NCBI GenBank assembly: GCA_964549615.1
Contig: CAZJVP010000019.1
Span: 1 to 49,178 of the forward strand
Source of the DNA: an uncultured Thermococci archaeon
Lineage (GTDB): Archaea > CAYQAE01 > CAYVLA01
Direction of reading: 5' to 3'
Length of the DNA: 49,178 nt
Positions 19,555 through 28,609 of the stretch are shown here, in pieces. A program made the position numbers and the translations under genes. A model generated the notes under the pieces. That model did not search any database. It had not been told where the DNA came from and saw only the letters and a list, made by a program, of their open reading frames with translations. Within the stretch, counting starts at the first letter, position 1. Every line of letters starts with the position of its first letter.

Positions 19555-21207
19555 TTATGGAGGCCACACGCGGGATCGGAGTTCCACCGCCTCCTGCAGG
19601 TTGTCCCGTCCCGCGAACAGAAGGCGAGCGAGAGTCGGCGAACCACAGCGCCCCTTCCTGATGTACAAGTCCTTGAAGCTTCCCCGTATGAGATTCCCGT
19701 GGACGTCCTCGCAGGGTTGAACCCGAAGCAGGATCTCGTCATCCTCCCTTGCCGGGAACTCCAGTGTCCCGGAGATCAGCATGGCCACGCCACCTCTCTC
19801 GTCGTCATCGCCGGGTTGCCTGGGCCAAGGACCGAACTCGCAATACCTCCGTCCTCCGCTGACGATGAGAATCTCAATCGGACAGTCAACAGGGTCGAGC
19901 GCTCCGCACCGAGTGCACAATGGATCCGAGCATAGCGAATACCATTCGGTGGGCGCATAGATGTCCACGTCCACCTCGGATTCGCCGATGAGCGTCTTCT
20001 TCGCTCCCTCGACCATGTAAGCGGCGACCGACACTTTGTCCCCGGCGCCATCCGTCGCGCCCTCGTTGGCCCGGTAGCGGGCGCAATAACGGTCGGACTC
20101 GTAGACCAATCGGCCCTGTTCATCCACATAGTCGGGGGGACCCACTCCTTCCAAGTGGCCGCTGCGGCCGGACGTGGACCAGCGGTAGGTCATCTCGGCC
20201 CCAACAGGCGGGCGTCCCAATATCCTGCATGTCAGAATTTCGTCCTCGCCGGGCCTGACCTGACAGACCATGTAGGGCTCCAATCGTATTGCAACGCCCG
20301 AAATGATCACCGTCCCCGTCGCCTCCCCGACGAAGACAATCTCCGACACTGAACCACCCTCTTCGGCACTCTCCTGAGCAAAGATCATGTATACCCGGGC
20401 TCTGACCGTGTGTACCTCACCGTCGGCCGAGGATTCCTCCGGGGTGTAGTACGCCTCCGTAGGGCTTTGTGCGCCGGGATACGTCACTTCGAGTTCATAG
20501 CTGCCGTTCGGGTACCAAGTCCACTGGTGGTTACGTCTGTAGTGATACTGCACTCGGCCCTTGGTCCCGTCGATAACCCAAGCAATCCGCGTCTGGGTCC
20601 AATACCAGTTGGCGCGCTGGGCGGCCATCTCACGCATGTAGTACATGGGAATGAAGAAGTCCAGCCTCACCTCCTGCCCGGCCGCGGCAACCGCTGGGTT
20701 GGGTTCGATCCGCGTTTCGTCGCTCGCTGATGCCGCAAGAACGCCGTATATGCTGAAGCCCGTGACCTGGCCGGTCACAGTCTTCGATGTCGCATTCACC
20801 GCGCTCCCGGCAACGATCTCCCACTGGCCATGAGCAACCTTAGCAAGCCTGAGGGATTCCTCCCTGGCTCCGGCGGGGATCTTTGATGCGTCGTACCTGA
20901 GGGTGAGCTGGACCGGTTTCCTGAACTGTATTCCACTTGTGCCCAACTCGAAAACCGTTCCCTCGATTAGGCGTTCATCGGCTGGAAAGGAGGAGGATAC
21001 TCGGACGGTGATGGTGATGTTTTCGTCCAGAGCATCAGGTGGGAAGGTCAGGTCCACCGCACCATCTCCGCCCTGATTGCATCCCCCCTTGGTCCGACGG
21101 TCAGATTCGTCGAAGTGCTGCCCGGCTTGGGGGTGGTCAGACATCCCGAAAGCAACAGAAGGCTGGACGATGCAAATCAGGCCTCGATTCCCCGGGAAGC
21201 TCTTCAT
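19555..21207 (-). CDS. Probable surface lipoprotein with ZU5-like domain; signal peptide displaced by compensating frameshifts
   Basis: LTFPPDAL...FRKPVQLTLRYD...GQW...GQVTGFSIY ZU5-like segment. LLLLSGC lipobox in the adjacent frame, with the Cys codon at 21141-21143. Confidence 0.6.
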   Translation of the reverse strand: MKSFPGNRGLICIVQPSVAFGMSDHPQAGQHFDESDRRTKGGCNQGGDGAVDLTFPPDALDENITITVRVSSSFPADERLIEGTVFELGTSGIQFRKPVQLTLRYDASKIPAGAREESLRLAKVAHGQWEIVAGSAVNATSKTVTGQVTGFSIYGVLAASASDETRIEPNPAVAAAGQEVRLDFFIPMYYMREMAAQRANWYWTQTRIAWVIDGTKGRVQYHYRRNHQWTWYPNGSYELEVTYPGAQSPTEAYYTPEESSADGEVHTVRARVYMIFAQESAEEGGSVSEIVFVGEATGTVIISGVAIRLEPYMVCQVRPGEDEILTCRILGRPPVGAEMTYRWSTSGRSGHLEGVGPPDYVDEQGRLVYESDRYCARYRANEGATDGAGDKVSVAAYMVEGAKKTLIGESEVDVDIYAPTEWYSLCSDPLCTRCGALDPVDCPIEILIVSGGRRYCEFGPWPRQPGDDDERGGVAMLISGTLEFPAREDDEILLRVQPCEDVHGNLIRGSFKDLYIRKGRCGSPTLARLLFAGRDNLQEAVELRSRVWPP

Positions 21208-21534
21208 TCTCCCCACCCCGCCTCCGGCACGGAGATCAGCGTCTTGGTCACCACTCCGGCCTCTTGGCGGATCGCCAACTTCGGGCCTACTGGGTGCTCG
21301 TCTCAGCCCGGCCAAGCTTCATAGGTCTTACGACCGCACCTAGCACCTAGCTCCCGGTACAAGGTATTCCCCTTTCTCCCAAGCTATACGCGTCCCTTCC
21401 CGCAGGCGATCTCTCTCGAGTTGGCCCGGAGAGGGGATACCCTGCGAAGCCCCGATAGACTGGCATCCATCACGGATGGCATTAGGGAACAGTAAAGAAC
21501 TTCCTCCGCTAAGCACACCTGGCGGATTGGTTCG

Positions 21535-22341
21535 TTGCCTCGTCACAAGCTCTACGAGTTCGAGAAAAGGATGGATCTGGACAGGCTGAAACAGGAGAGG
21601 CTGGAGAAGGACATAGATGACTTCAAGATATTCAGCGAGGTCTTCGATACATCGACGCTGATGGTCGTCTACGACCTGCTCAATACTGGCAAGATCTCAG
21701 CGGTTCACGGCTGCATAAGGATGGGAAAGGAGGCGTGCATACACCTCGCCGAGGCGAAGGGCGAGACCGTCATACTGAAGATCTACAGAACCGCGACATC
21801 CGACTTCAGGAACATGTGGGAGTACCTCAAGGGGGATCCGAGGTTCAGCAAGCTGGGCAGGAACAGGAGGGAGATCATCTTCACATGGACCTCAAGGGAG
21901 TACAGGAACCTCAAGGCGGCCCACGATGCGGGCTGCAGGTGTCCCCGCCCAATAGCCTTCCAGAAGAACGTGCTGGTCATGGAGTGCATCACTAGGGGTA
22001 GGGTGCCGGCTCCCAGGCTGGTGGATGTTGGCTGCGACGATCCGCCCTCCGTTTTCGATTCCATCGTTGAGAGCTACCGGGCGCTGTTTCAGAAGGGGGG
22101 ACTGGTGCACGGCGATCTGTCGGCCTACAACATCCTCATGGGCGACAAAGGCCCTACGATGATAGACTTCTCGCAGGGCATCGTCAAGGAAAGCCCGAGG
22201 GCCGTGAACCTCCTGTTCAGGGACATAGAGACCCTGCTCGGCTACTTCCAGAAACTGGGCCTGACGGCAAGCGTTCAGGAGACGGCCGAGAGGATAACCT
22301 CGGTGAAGGGCATAGCTCCGGACGAGAGCATCATCATTTGA
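21535..22341 (+). CDS. rio1: RIO1-family serine/threonine kinase
   Basis: GKEACI, LKIYR, REYRNL, NVLVME, HGDLSAYNIL, IDFSQ. Confidence 0.95.
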   Translation: MPRHKLYEFEKRMDLDRLKQERLEKDIDDFKIFSEVFDTSTLMVVYDLLNTGKISAVHGCIRMGKEACIHLAEAKGETVILKIYRTATSDFRNMWEYLKGDPRFSKLGRNRREIIFTWTSREYRNLKAAHDAGCRCPRPIAFQKNVLVMECITRGRVPAPRLVDVGCDDPPSVFDSIVESYRALFQKGGLVHGDLSAYNILMGDKGPTMIDFSQGIVKESPRAVNLLFRDIETLLGYFQKLGLTASVQETAERITSVKGIAPDESIII

Positions 22342-22933
22342 ACTCGAATATCTCTATGAGCGCCTTGGCCGCCAGCTCGGCGTTCTGGTACGGGTACTCC
22401 TCCACTTCCCTGTCTATGACCACTTTCAGCGTCGCCCCCGAGACAGCCGAATATGCCGCTGCGTAACACCTGTTGAGCTGTTGCTGCAGCTCGATCGCTG
22501 AGAGCTCTTCCTCGTCCCTCTTGGTTCGAACGCCGCTCTTGCGATCCTTCTCCCTCCTCTCGAGGACGGACGCGGGACTTACCTCGCGAACCAGGATCGC
22601 ATGGGGCTTGAGCCTCTGGAGGACCTCGAAGGGCAACCCCGGGAAGTAGCCGGCCGGGGAGAGAATTGTGCAGTGGGTATCCACGATGACGTTCTCCCCC
22701 ATCTTGGCGATCTCGCTGGATATGGCCTCGGCCGCCTTTTTCTGCATCGCCCGCGACGTCTCGACGCTGATCTTCTTCCGCATATCATCCCGATCCTTGA
22801 CCATGCCGGACTCCTTCGCTATGCGGAACATGAAGTCTCCAAAGTTCAGGACGGACACGTCGATCTTCTTCTTAACGAACTCTATCACCTTTCCCTTGCC
22901 GCATCCGGGGACGCCCGTCAGAATCACTATCAT
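22334..22933 (-). CDS. adkA: Archaeal adenylate kinase
   Basis: TGVPGCGK P-loop, NFGDFM, RDDMRK, VDTH, GYFPGLP. True start at ATG 22933. Confidence 0.93.
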   Translation of the reverse strand: MIVILTGVPGCGKGKVIEFVKKKIDVSVLNFGDFMFRIAKESGMVKDRDDMRKKISVETSRAMQKKAAEAISSEIAKMGENVIVDTHCTILSPAGYFPGLPFEVLQRLKPHAILVREVSPASVLERREKDRKSGVRTKRDEEELSAIELQQQLNRCYAAAYSAVSGATLKVVIDREVEEYPYQNAELAAKALIEIFEFK

Positions 22934-22967
22934 GCGATCGTCCTCGGCCTCCGCCGAGCGGAAGGAT

Positions 22968-22975
22968 CTATAAAT
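22968..22975 (-). promoter_or_regulatory. Putative TATA box of adkA
   Basis: ATTTATAG about 35 nt upstream of the start. Confidence 0.5.
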
Positions 22976-23092
22976 GTGACAGATGGTCGCCAGCATACTC
23001 AGGTTGTTGCCCGTCGCGTCGGACACTGCGGGCCGCATTCGTCCCGGGGCTTCGCCGCTTGCGAACGATTCCAGCTTCTGGGCCAAGTAATC

Positions 23093-23098
23093 TTTATA
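23093..23098 (+). promoter_or_regulatory. Putative TATA box
   Basis: TTTATA upstream of a GGAGGT SD and TTG 23153. Confidence 0.5.
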
Positions 23099-23152
23099 TT
23101 CAACCTCTCCAAACCGCAGCCACCCTTTTCCCGAGTTTGGAGGTCGATCCGT

Positions 23153-23383
23153 TTGCGCAAGCCGTTCGTCACGGTCTATCTGGTCCTGATCAGCATCTTT
23201 CTGATCATAGCTGCGCCCTTTTTTGCTCTCTTGGCTTACGAGATGATCCGGGAGAGCCAACTCAACCTGCTCGACAACATCTTTCTCATCATCATAATCT
23301 TCTGCTTTCCCATAGTTCTGCTTCTGGCGATAGGTCTGCTCAGGCCGCAGCTGGAGGACCTGACTAGAAGGGGAGGCCTGTAG
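23153..23383 (+). CDS. Small two-helix membrane protein (76 aa)
   Basis: TTG start after GGAGGT; two hydrophobic stretches. Confidence 0.7.
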   Translation: MRKPFVTVYLVLISIFLIIAAPFFALLAYEMIRESQLNLLDNIFLIIIIFCFPIVLLLAIGLLRPQLEDLTRRGGL

Positions 23384-23499
23384 GGCCTAGTTCGCATCTC
23401 CGCAACGACGCAGCAGGCCGCCTATGGATGGGCTGCTCCAGGGACAGTTAATAGGACGCGTTGGCCTCTAACAAGGCGAGGGGTCGACAGGTGGCCGGA

Positions 23500-24204
23500 G
23501 TGGCTTCCTCCGCAGTGGTCCTGTTGTCAGGTGGCTTGGACTCGACCGTCGCGCTGTGGTGGGCAAAGCGCCGGCCATACCCGGTCCTGATCTCCCTCAC
23601 CTTTTCCTACGGGTCTAGCGAAGAGAGGGCGGGCTTGCGATGCTCCCGCGCGATCTCTAGGAAGGCTGGCTGCCGGAACGTCGTGGTGAGGTTGGGCGCA
23701 TTGGGCCGGATATGGTCGGGGCGTTCGGCCTTGCTTGGCGGGGATGTGCCGGCCGGCCTGGACGGACCCGACAGGTCCATCACGAGGGCCGTGTGGGTGC
23801 CAGCAAGGAATCTGGTATTGCTGTCGTTGGCGACGTCCTACGCCGAAACCCTGGAAGGCGACGTGGACCTGATAGTCGGCTTCAACAAGGAGGAGGCACG
23901 TACCTTTCCCGACAACTCCAGGGAATTCGTGGCCAGGTTCAACGAGTTGTTGCCGCACTCGGTCCTGGAGAAGAGGATCAGGCTGGTGGCCCCGCTGATC
24001 GACCTAACCAAGAAGGAGATCGTGGCGCTTTCCCGGGGGCTTGGCGCGCCCGTGGAGCTGAGCTGCTCCTGCTACCAGCCTCGGGGCTTCGTGAAGGGGC
24101 GGCCCCTGCACTGTGGCGTCTGCCAGAGCTGCATGCTGAGGAACAGGGGATTTCGATCCGCAGGCGTCGTTGATCCCACCTTGTATGAGGTCGAACCGCG
24201 ATGA
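23500..24204 (+). CDS. queC: 7-cyano-7-deazaguanine synthase
   Basis: LLSGGLDS PP-loop, WVPARN, FPDN, SCY...HCGVCQSC zinc site. Start uncertain (23461, 23491 or 23500). Confidence 0.95.
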   Translation: MASSAVVLLSGGLDSTVALWWAKRRPYPVLISLTFSYGSSEERAGLRCSRAISRKAGCRNVVVRLGALGRIWSGRSALLGGDVPAGLDGPDRSITRAVWVPARNLVLLSLATSYAETLEGDVDLIVGFNKEEARTFPDNSREFVARFNELLPHSVLEKRIRLVAPLIDLTKKEIVALSRGLGAPVELSCSCYQPRGFVKGRPLHCGVCQSCMLRNRGFRSAGVVDPTLYEVEPR

Positions 24205-25004
24205 GCCCGAGAGGATTCGTTTGTGAGCTGTTCTCAAGCTACCAGGGCGAAGGCGCCAGCGTGCGCGGAAGTTGCATGGGGAAAAGGCAGGTCTTCGTGA
24301 GGTTCGCCGGATGCAACCTGGCCTCCGGGGATATGGGGACGCGTGGGTGCGTTTTCTGCGACTCGCCTTCCGCGAAGGTCAGGGAGCCAAAGAGCGCGCG
24401 GATCCAGATCGGGGGCGGCAGGCGCGAGTTCCGGGTGCTCACGAATCCGCTGGATGTCGAAACCGTCACGAACTCCGTCAAGAGACTCGCGTCCCGGGAT
24501 CTACACTCGGTGAGCCTGACGGGCGGAGAGCCGCTTTATCAGGAGCAGTTCCTGCGTGCGCTTGCTTTCCGGCTTAGGGACGATGGGTTTAGAACCTACC
24601 TTGAGACGAATGGGTCGCTTCCGTCAAGCCTTTCGCGCGTCGCCGGGCTGTTTGACTTTGCGTGCGTTGACGTGAAGGATGAGTCTGCGCACGCCGCTTC
24701 GGATTGGCTGCACCTCCTTGAGATGGAGTTCGAGTCCATAAGGATCCTCAAGGCCTCGGGGGTGTGCACCTTTGCCAAGATGGTCGTGACCGACCGCAGC
24801 AGACCGGCCGCCGTCGAGCGGGTGTCGGCCAGGCTTGCCGATCTGGATTGCCCGCTCGCAATCCAGGTGGTGACGCCCAGGAGGGGGGTTAGGAGGCCGT
24901 CCGAGCGCCTCCTCTTTGCACTCACCGAGGCTGCGGCAAAGCATTTACAACCGGACGCGCTAGCCATCTCGGTTCAGGCCCACAGGGCGGTTGGTTTCCT
25001 CTAA
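24201..25004 (+). CDS. queE: 7-carboxy-7-deazaguanine synthase (radical SAM)
   Basis: ELFSSYQGEG, FVRFAGC, expanded CX11CX2C motif, LTGGEP, LETNG, QAH; ATGA overlap with queC. Confidence 0.92.
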   Translation: MSPRGFVCELFSSYQGEGASVRGSCMGKRQVFVRFAGCNLASGDMGTRGCVFCDSPSAKVREPKSARIQIGGGRREFRVLTNPLDVETVTNSVKRLASRDLHSVSLTGGEPLYQEQFLRALAFRLRDDGFRTYLETNGSLPSSLSRVAGLFDFACVDVKDESAHAASDWLHLLEMEFESIRILKASGVCTFAKMVVTDRSRPAAVERVSARLADLDCPLAIQVVTPRRGVRRPSERLLFALTEAAAKHLQPDALAISVQAHRAVGFL

Positions 25005-25007
25005 GGG

Positions 25008-25808
25008 ATGCAAATGGTTCGGGCTGGGCAGACGCAGGACAGGATACCAAGGATCATGGAGCCCATCGATAGGGTGGGGGTTGAGAACGTCAGGACTCAC
25101 CTCAAGATCGAAAGGGATGGTTCGACGCTCTTCCATCTCCCGTTGATCGACGTGTTCATAGATCTGCGGGGGGACAGGAAGGGCATACATATGTCCCGCA
25201 TCATCGAGACCATAAACCAGGTGGTTTCGCGCAAGCATGCCGACAAGAGCCTCGAGCAGGTTGGCAGCGACATACTGGACGGGATCGCCAGCCGGCATGA
25301 GTACGTGAGGGGGGAGGTGAGGATAAAGACCCAGTTGCTTGTGCCGCGATTGACTCCGGTTTCCAAGAAGCGCACCTACGAATCGTACGAGGTGCTGGTG
25401 AAGGTGATCAAGGACGGCGGCATGCGGAAGTACCTGCAAGTATCGGCGATCGGCAACACGCTCTGTCCTCACAGCCTGGATCTGACCGGTGGGAAGTCGC
25501 ACATCCAGAGGGCGGAACTGGTGTTCGGCATCGAGACCGAATTGGGCTCCCGGGTTGAGCTGGAGGACATGGCGGACATATGCGATGCCTGCTTCTCCAG
25601 CCCCACCTACATGGTGGTGAAGGGCGAGGACGAGAAATTCCTGGTGGAGCACATGTTTTCGAATCCGAAGTTCGTTGAGGATATGGCGAGGGACTGCCTG
25701 AATCGCGCAAGAGGCCTTGGCGTGTCCGGAAAGGTCACCATCAGGGCGAAGTCGTTCGAATCCATACATAAGCACGATGCAGTGTGCGAGATAGAGAGGG
25801 AGATCTAG
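25008..25808 (+). CDS. folE2: GTP cyclohydrolase type IB (FolE2/MptA family)
   Basis: IDRVGV, KGIHMSR, TLCP, HIQR, NPKFVED, ESIHKHDA. Confidence 0.93.
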   Translation: MQMVRAGQTQDRIPRIMEPIDRVGVENVRTHLKIERDGSTLFHLPLIDVFIDLRGDRKGIHMSRIIETINQVVSRKHADKSLEQVGSDILDGIASRHEYVRGEVRIKTQLLVPRLTPVSKKRTYESYEVLVKVIKDGGMRKYLQVSAIGNTLCPHSLDLTGGKSHIQRAELVFGIETELGSRVELEDMADICDACFSSPTYMVVKGEDEKFLVEHMFSNPKFVEDMARDCLNRARGLGVSGKVTIRAKSFESIHKHDAVCEIEREI

Positions 25809-26443
25809 TGCAGCACCGATCCCGGCTGCAGAGGGTCGGCACCTACTTCCCAACCACCGTCTTCCGCTGGGAGGAGAGGCATACCTACGTCGGGGAGGAG
25901 ATAGGGCATCTCTGGTTCTCAAGCATCATCGGGAAGGACTCCTACGGGAACCTCCTGGTGACCTGGAGGGGCCCGATGGATGTCAGGCTGGAGTACGTGA
26001 GGGACCAGACGGAGAGGCTGCAGTGGGGCGAGGGGGCGAGGATCAGTGGGCCGGACCTTTTCCACATCGTGGCCGAGTTCCCGCAGATCGGAAACGACCT
26101 CGTTCTCATGTACGCGTTCCAAGCGATGCTGGCCGATGGGCTTGCCACGAGGGTGGCGGCCCTCGGGAAAGAGGTCGCCGTGAGGGGCACGGATGTCTAT
26201 GCCCAGGGCGCGAAGCTCACGGTGGGCGTGTGCGCGGCGAGCGCCACATCGTGCACGATGCACTTCGGGGTAAACATCAGCCTGAAGGGGGAGCTTCCCG
26301 TGCCAAGGGACGTCAAGGCAGGCTCGCTTTCCGACCTCGTAGGAGGCGATGAGGCACGGGCTGTGCGGCTGATGGAGGAGGTCGCATCGTCATGGCTTTC
26401 CAGGATAGACGAGATCTACCGGAAGGCCTACAAGACCGCGTAG
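25808..26443 (+). CDS. DUF366 family protein (BPL/LPL-like fold)
   Basis: YxGxEIxHLW, WRGPMDV, HIVAEF, GTDVY...KLTVGV, HFGVNI resemble DUF366/COG2029; embedded in the que operon. Confidence 0.75.
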   Translation: MQHRSRLQRVGTYFPTTVFRWEERHTYVGEEIGHLWFSSIIGKDSYGNLLVTWRGPMDVRLEYVRDQTERLQWGEGARISGPDLFHIVAEFPQIGNDLVLMYAFQAMLADGLATRVAALGKEVAVRGTDVYAQGAKLTVGVCAASATSCTMHFGVNISLKGELPVPRDVKAGSLSDLVGGDEARAVRLMEEVASSWLSRIDEIYRKAYKTA

Positions 26444-26453
26444 GGGGTGCGGG

Positions 26454-26906
26454 ATGTTCTCCATCCGTGTCGCGAAGTCGAGGCTGGGGTTCAGCGCGGC
26501 GCATTTCTTGGTTTCGCACGAGAAGTGCGGTAGGCTTCACGGCCACAACTATAGGGTGAGGGTCGCGGCTCGGGGCGAGCCGAACGAGAGCGGGATGGTG
26601 ATCGATTTCGGCGTGCTGATGGAGGAGGCCCTGAAGGTTTGCAGGGAGATCGACCAGAAGGTCATCCTTGCAGCCGACTCGCCTGACATCCAAGTGTTGC
26701 GCGCCGGCGATGAGACAAGGGTTCTGCTGCCCGGTCGCGAATACGTCCTGCCCTCAAGCGACGTGGTCGCGCTTCCCATTCGGGCGTCGACCGCAGAGAT
26801 GATTGCCGAGTATTTCTGCCGCAGGATCTCCGAGAAGGTGAGCGGCGTGAAGTGGGTCGAGGTGGAGGAAAGCCCGGGCTCCGCAGCCCGGTACGTTCCC
26901 GACTGA
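26454..26906 (+). CDS. queD: 6-carboxytetrahydropterin synthase
   Basis: FSAAHF, CGRLHGHNY, GMVIDF, STAE, VEES. Confidence 0.93.
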   Translation: MFSIRVAKSRLGFSAAHFLVSHEKCGRLHGHNYRVRVAARGEPNESGMVIDFGVLMEEALKVCREIDQKVILAADSPDIQVLRAGDETRVLLPGREYVLPSSDVVALPIRASTAEMIAEYFCRRISEKVSGVKWVEVEESPGSAARYVPD

Positions 26907-26937
26907 GCCCACGGCGGCTGATCTCCGGTTGGCCGGC

Positions 26938-27732
26938 CTAGATTCGGAAGACTCGCCTGGCGTTCCTGTACAGTATGTCCAGCTTGTCATCCTCGGATAT
27001 CGGTGCGTAGATGACCTTTCCCACCTGGGGTGCCGGATCGATGAAGGGCATGTCCGAGCCAAAGAGCAGCCTCTTGCTGCCGACGGCGGTCACGAGCCTC
27101 TCCACTGTCCTGAATGTCAGGGATCCGCTCGTCTCAAGGTAGATGTTCTCGGCCTGCTTGGCTGCGTCGATCGCCTCAATTATCGGCCCTGGCTCCCCTC
27201 CGGAGTGGACGAGGATGAAGGTCGTCTCAGGGTATTCCTTGGCGATCGCGGCGTACATCTTTGGTGAACAGCGCTTGTCCCCAGCCCATGTATGGGAGGC
27301 CACCGGCAGGTGCCTCTTGCCGGCCGCTTCGTAGACCATCCTGTATCGTTCCCCGTCCGCGGGGTAGTTGTGCAGGGCGGGGTGGAGTTTGACTGCCCTC
27401 ATGGCATCCACCCCCGTGAACCTATCGATCTCCGACAGAATGGCCTCGGGGTAGTTCGGATTGATGCAGATAGCCCCGATGAACCTGCCCGGGTGGTCGG
27501 TTGCAGCCTTGAGTGCGACATCGTTCCCGGCGCGGAAGTCGGGCCCAATTCCCAGATGGGCCGCTATGCAGCACGTGCGTATGCCCAGGGCGTCCATGCT
27601 CTGGATCATGCCTTCCGGGTCGTTGAATGGGATGTGGAAGTTGTAATATGGCCCAAGGTGCGCATGCGAGTCTATGATCGGCACGTCAAGCGGAAGCCCC
27701 ATGTTTGCCTGTTCGGCGAGGCGACCCGTCAA
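26938..27732 (-). CDS. Amidohydrolase_2-family metal-dependent hydrolase
   Basis: DSHAH, KLHP, SHTW, LVHSG, FGSDMP metal ligands intact. Confidence 0.88.
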   Translation of the reverse strand: MTGRLAEQANMGLPLDVPIIDSHAHLGPYYNFHIPFNDPEGMIQSMDALGIRTCCIAAHLGIGPDFRAGNDVALKAATDHPGRFIGAICINPNYPEAILSEIDRFTGVDAMRAVKLHPALHNYPADGERYRMVYEAAGKRHLPVASHTWAGDKRCSPKMYAAIAKEYPETTFILVHSGGEPGPIIEAIDAAKQAENIYLETSGSLTFRTVERLVTAVGSKRLLFGSDMPFIDPAPQVGKVIYAPISEDDKLDILYRNARRVFRI

Positions 27733-28475
27733 CCGCGGATCCCCCTCATCAGTGCCTCGAAGTTGCCGCCTAGGATCTTGTCCTTCTCAGCCTTGCTGAT
27801 CCGTGCGTAGCGGATCGCCATCGCCGTCGGCCCGCAGGCCAGATCGGGGCTTCGGCTGCCGAAGATCAGCCTTTCTGCGCCAAACTCCCTGCACAGCGAC
27901 TCTATCCCCCTGTGTGCTTGGTATCTTGAGGTTTCGATTCGAAGGTTCGGGCATGCGCCAAGCAACGCGTAGATGAATCTGCCCGTCCGGTAGCCGACGT
28001 CCGCTAGTATGACGGGCAGACCCGGGTGGGCGGTGCAGATGGCCGCGACCTGGTCGCAGGTGGTCTGGGTGAGGTCGATCATCAGGGGCATCCTTCTCTC
28101 CTCCAAGGCCGACAGCACCGGGCCGCAGCTCCATTCGGAAAGGGAGAAGTTGTGGTCGGCGGGGAACATCTTGGCGAGAACCACGCCGCTCTCAACCATT
28201 CTTTCCACCACCCGCTCTGGAGCTTCCATCTCCTTCGTCTGGTGGGGGAGCAGGACCCAGGCGGGAAGTAGCCTCGGATGGGTCCTGGCTATCTCGACCG
28301 CGGCCGCGTTGCCAACCGCCGGGTGGTGCTCTTTTGCCAGGGCGTGGTGCACCACTGCCTTCTGCACCTCGGCGAGATCCATCTCCTTTTCCAGGATCTC
28401 GGCAGAGAACTCCCTGCCCAGAACAGGGTTCACGGTGGGACCGACCATGCAGTTGGAGTCGATTAATTGCGCCAA
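27729..28475 (-). CDS. Amidohydrolase-fold protein with degenerate metal site
   Basis: DSNCM replaces DxHxH, ILAD replaces LxH, FGSR replaces FGSD; 4-nt overlap with the intact paralog. Confidence 0.8.
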   Translation of the reverse strand: MAQLIDSNCMVGPTVNPVLGREFSAEILEKEMDLAEVQKAVVHHALAKEHHPAVGNAAAVEIARTHPRLLPAWVLLPHQTKEMEAPERVVERMVESGVVLAKMFPADHNFSLSEWSCGPVLSALEERRMPLMIDLTQTTCDQVAAICTAHPGLPVILADVGYRTGRFIYALLGACPNLRIETSRYQAHRGIESLCREFGAERLIFGSRSPDLACGPTAMAIRYARISKAEKDKILGGNFEALMRGIRG

Positions 28476-28609
28476 GGCAGACCGAGAAACGGCCAGGAGG
28501 ATTGAAATCTGTTTGTTGGTCCAGGGGCTGACACGGCGGTCGGGACTGATCGGTTCTGGTGGCGTTTCCGAGATGCGCCATTTTTCAGATGCCCGGTTGC
28601 AATCGGGCC

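Noticed and set aside
22934-23260. 109-aa N-terminal extension of adenylate kinase in the ORF track
   Set aside because: It crosses the TATA box and the divergent membrane gene; homology begins at ATG 22933
23500-26906. dpd-type 7-deazaguanine DNA modification or defence island
   Set aside because: No dpdA/tgtA5, dpdB or restriction genes nearby; archaeosine precursor supply is the simpler reading
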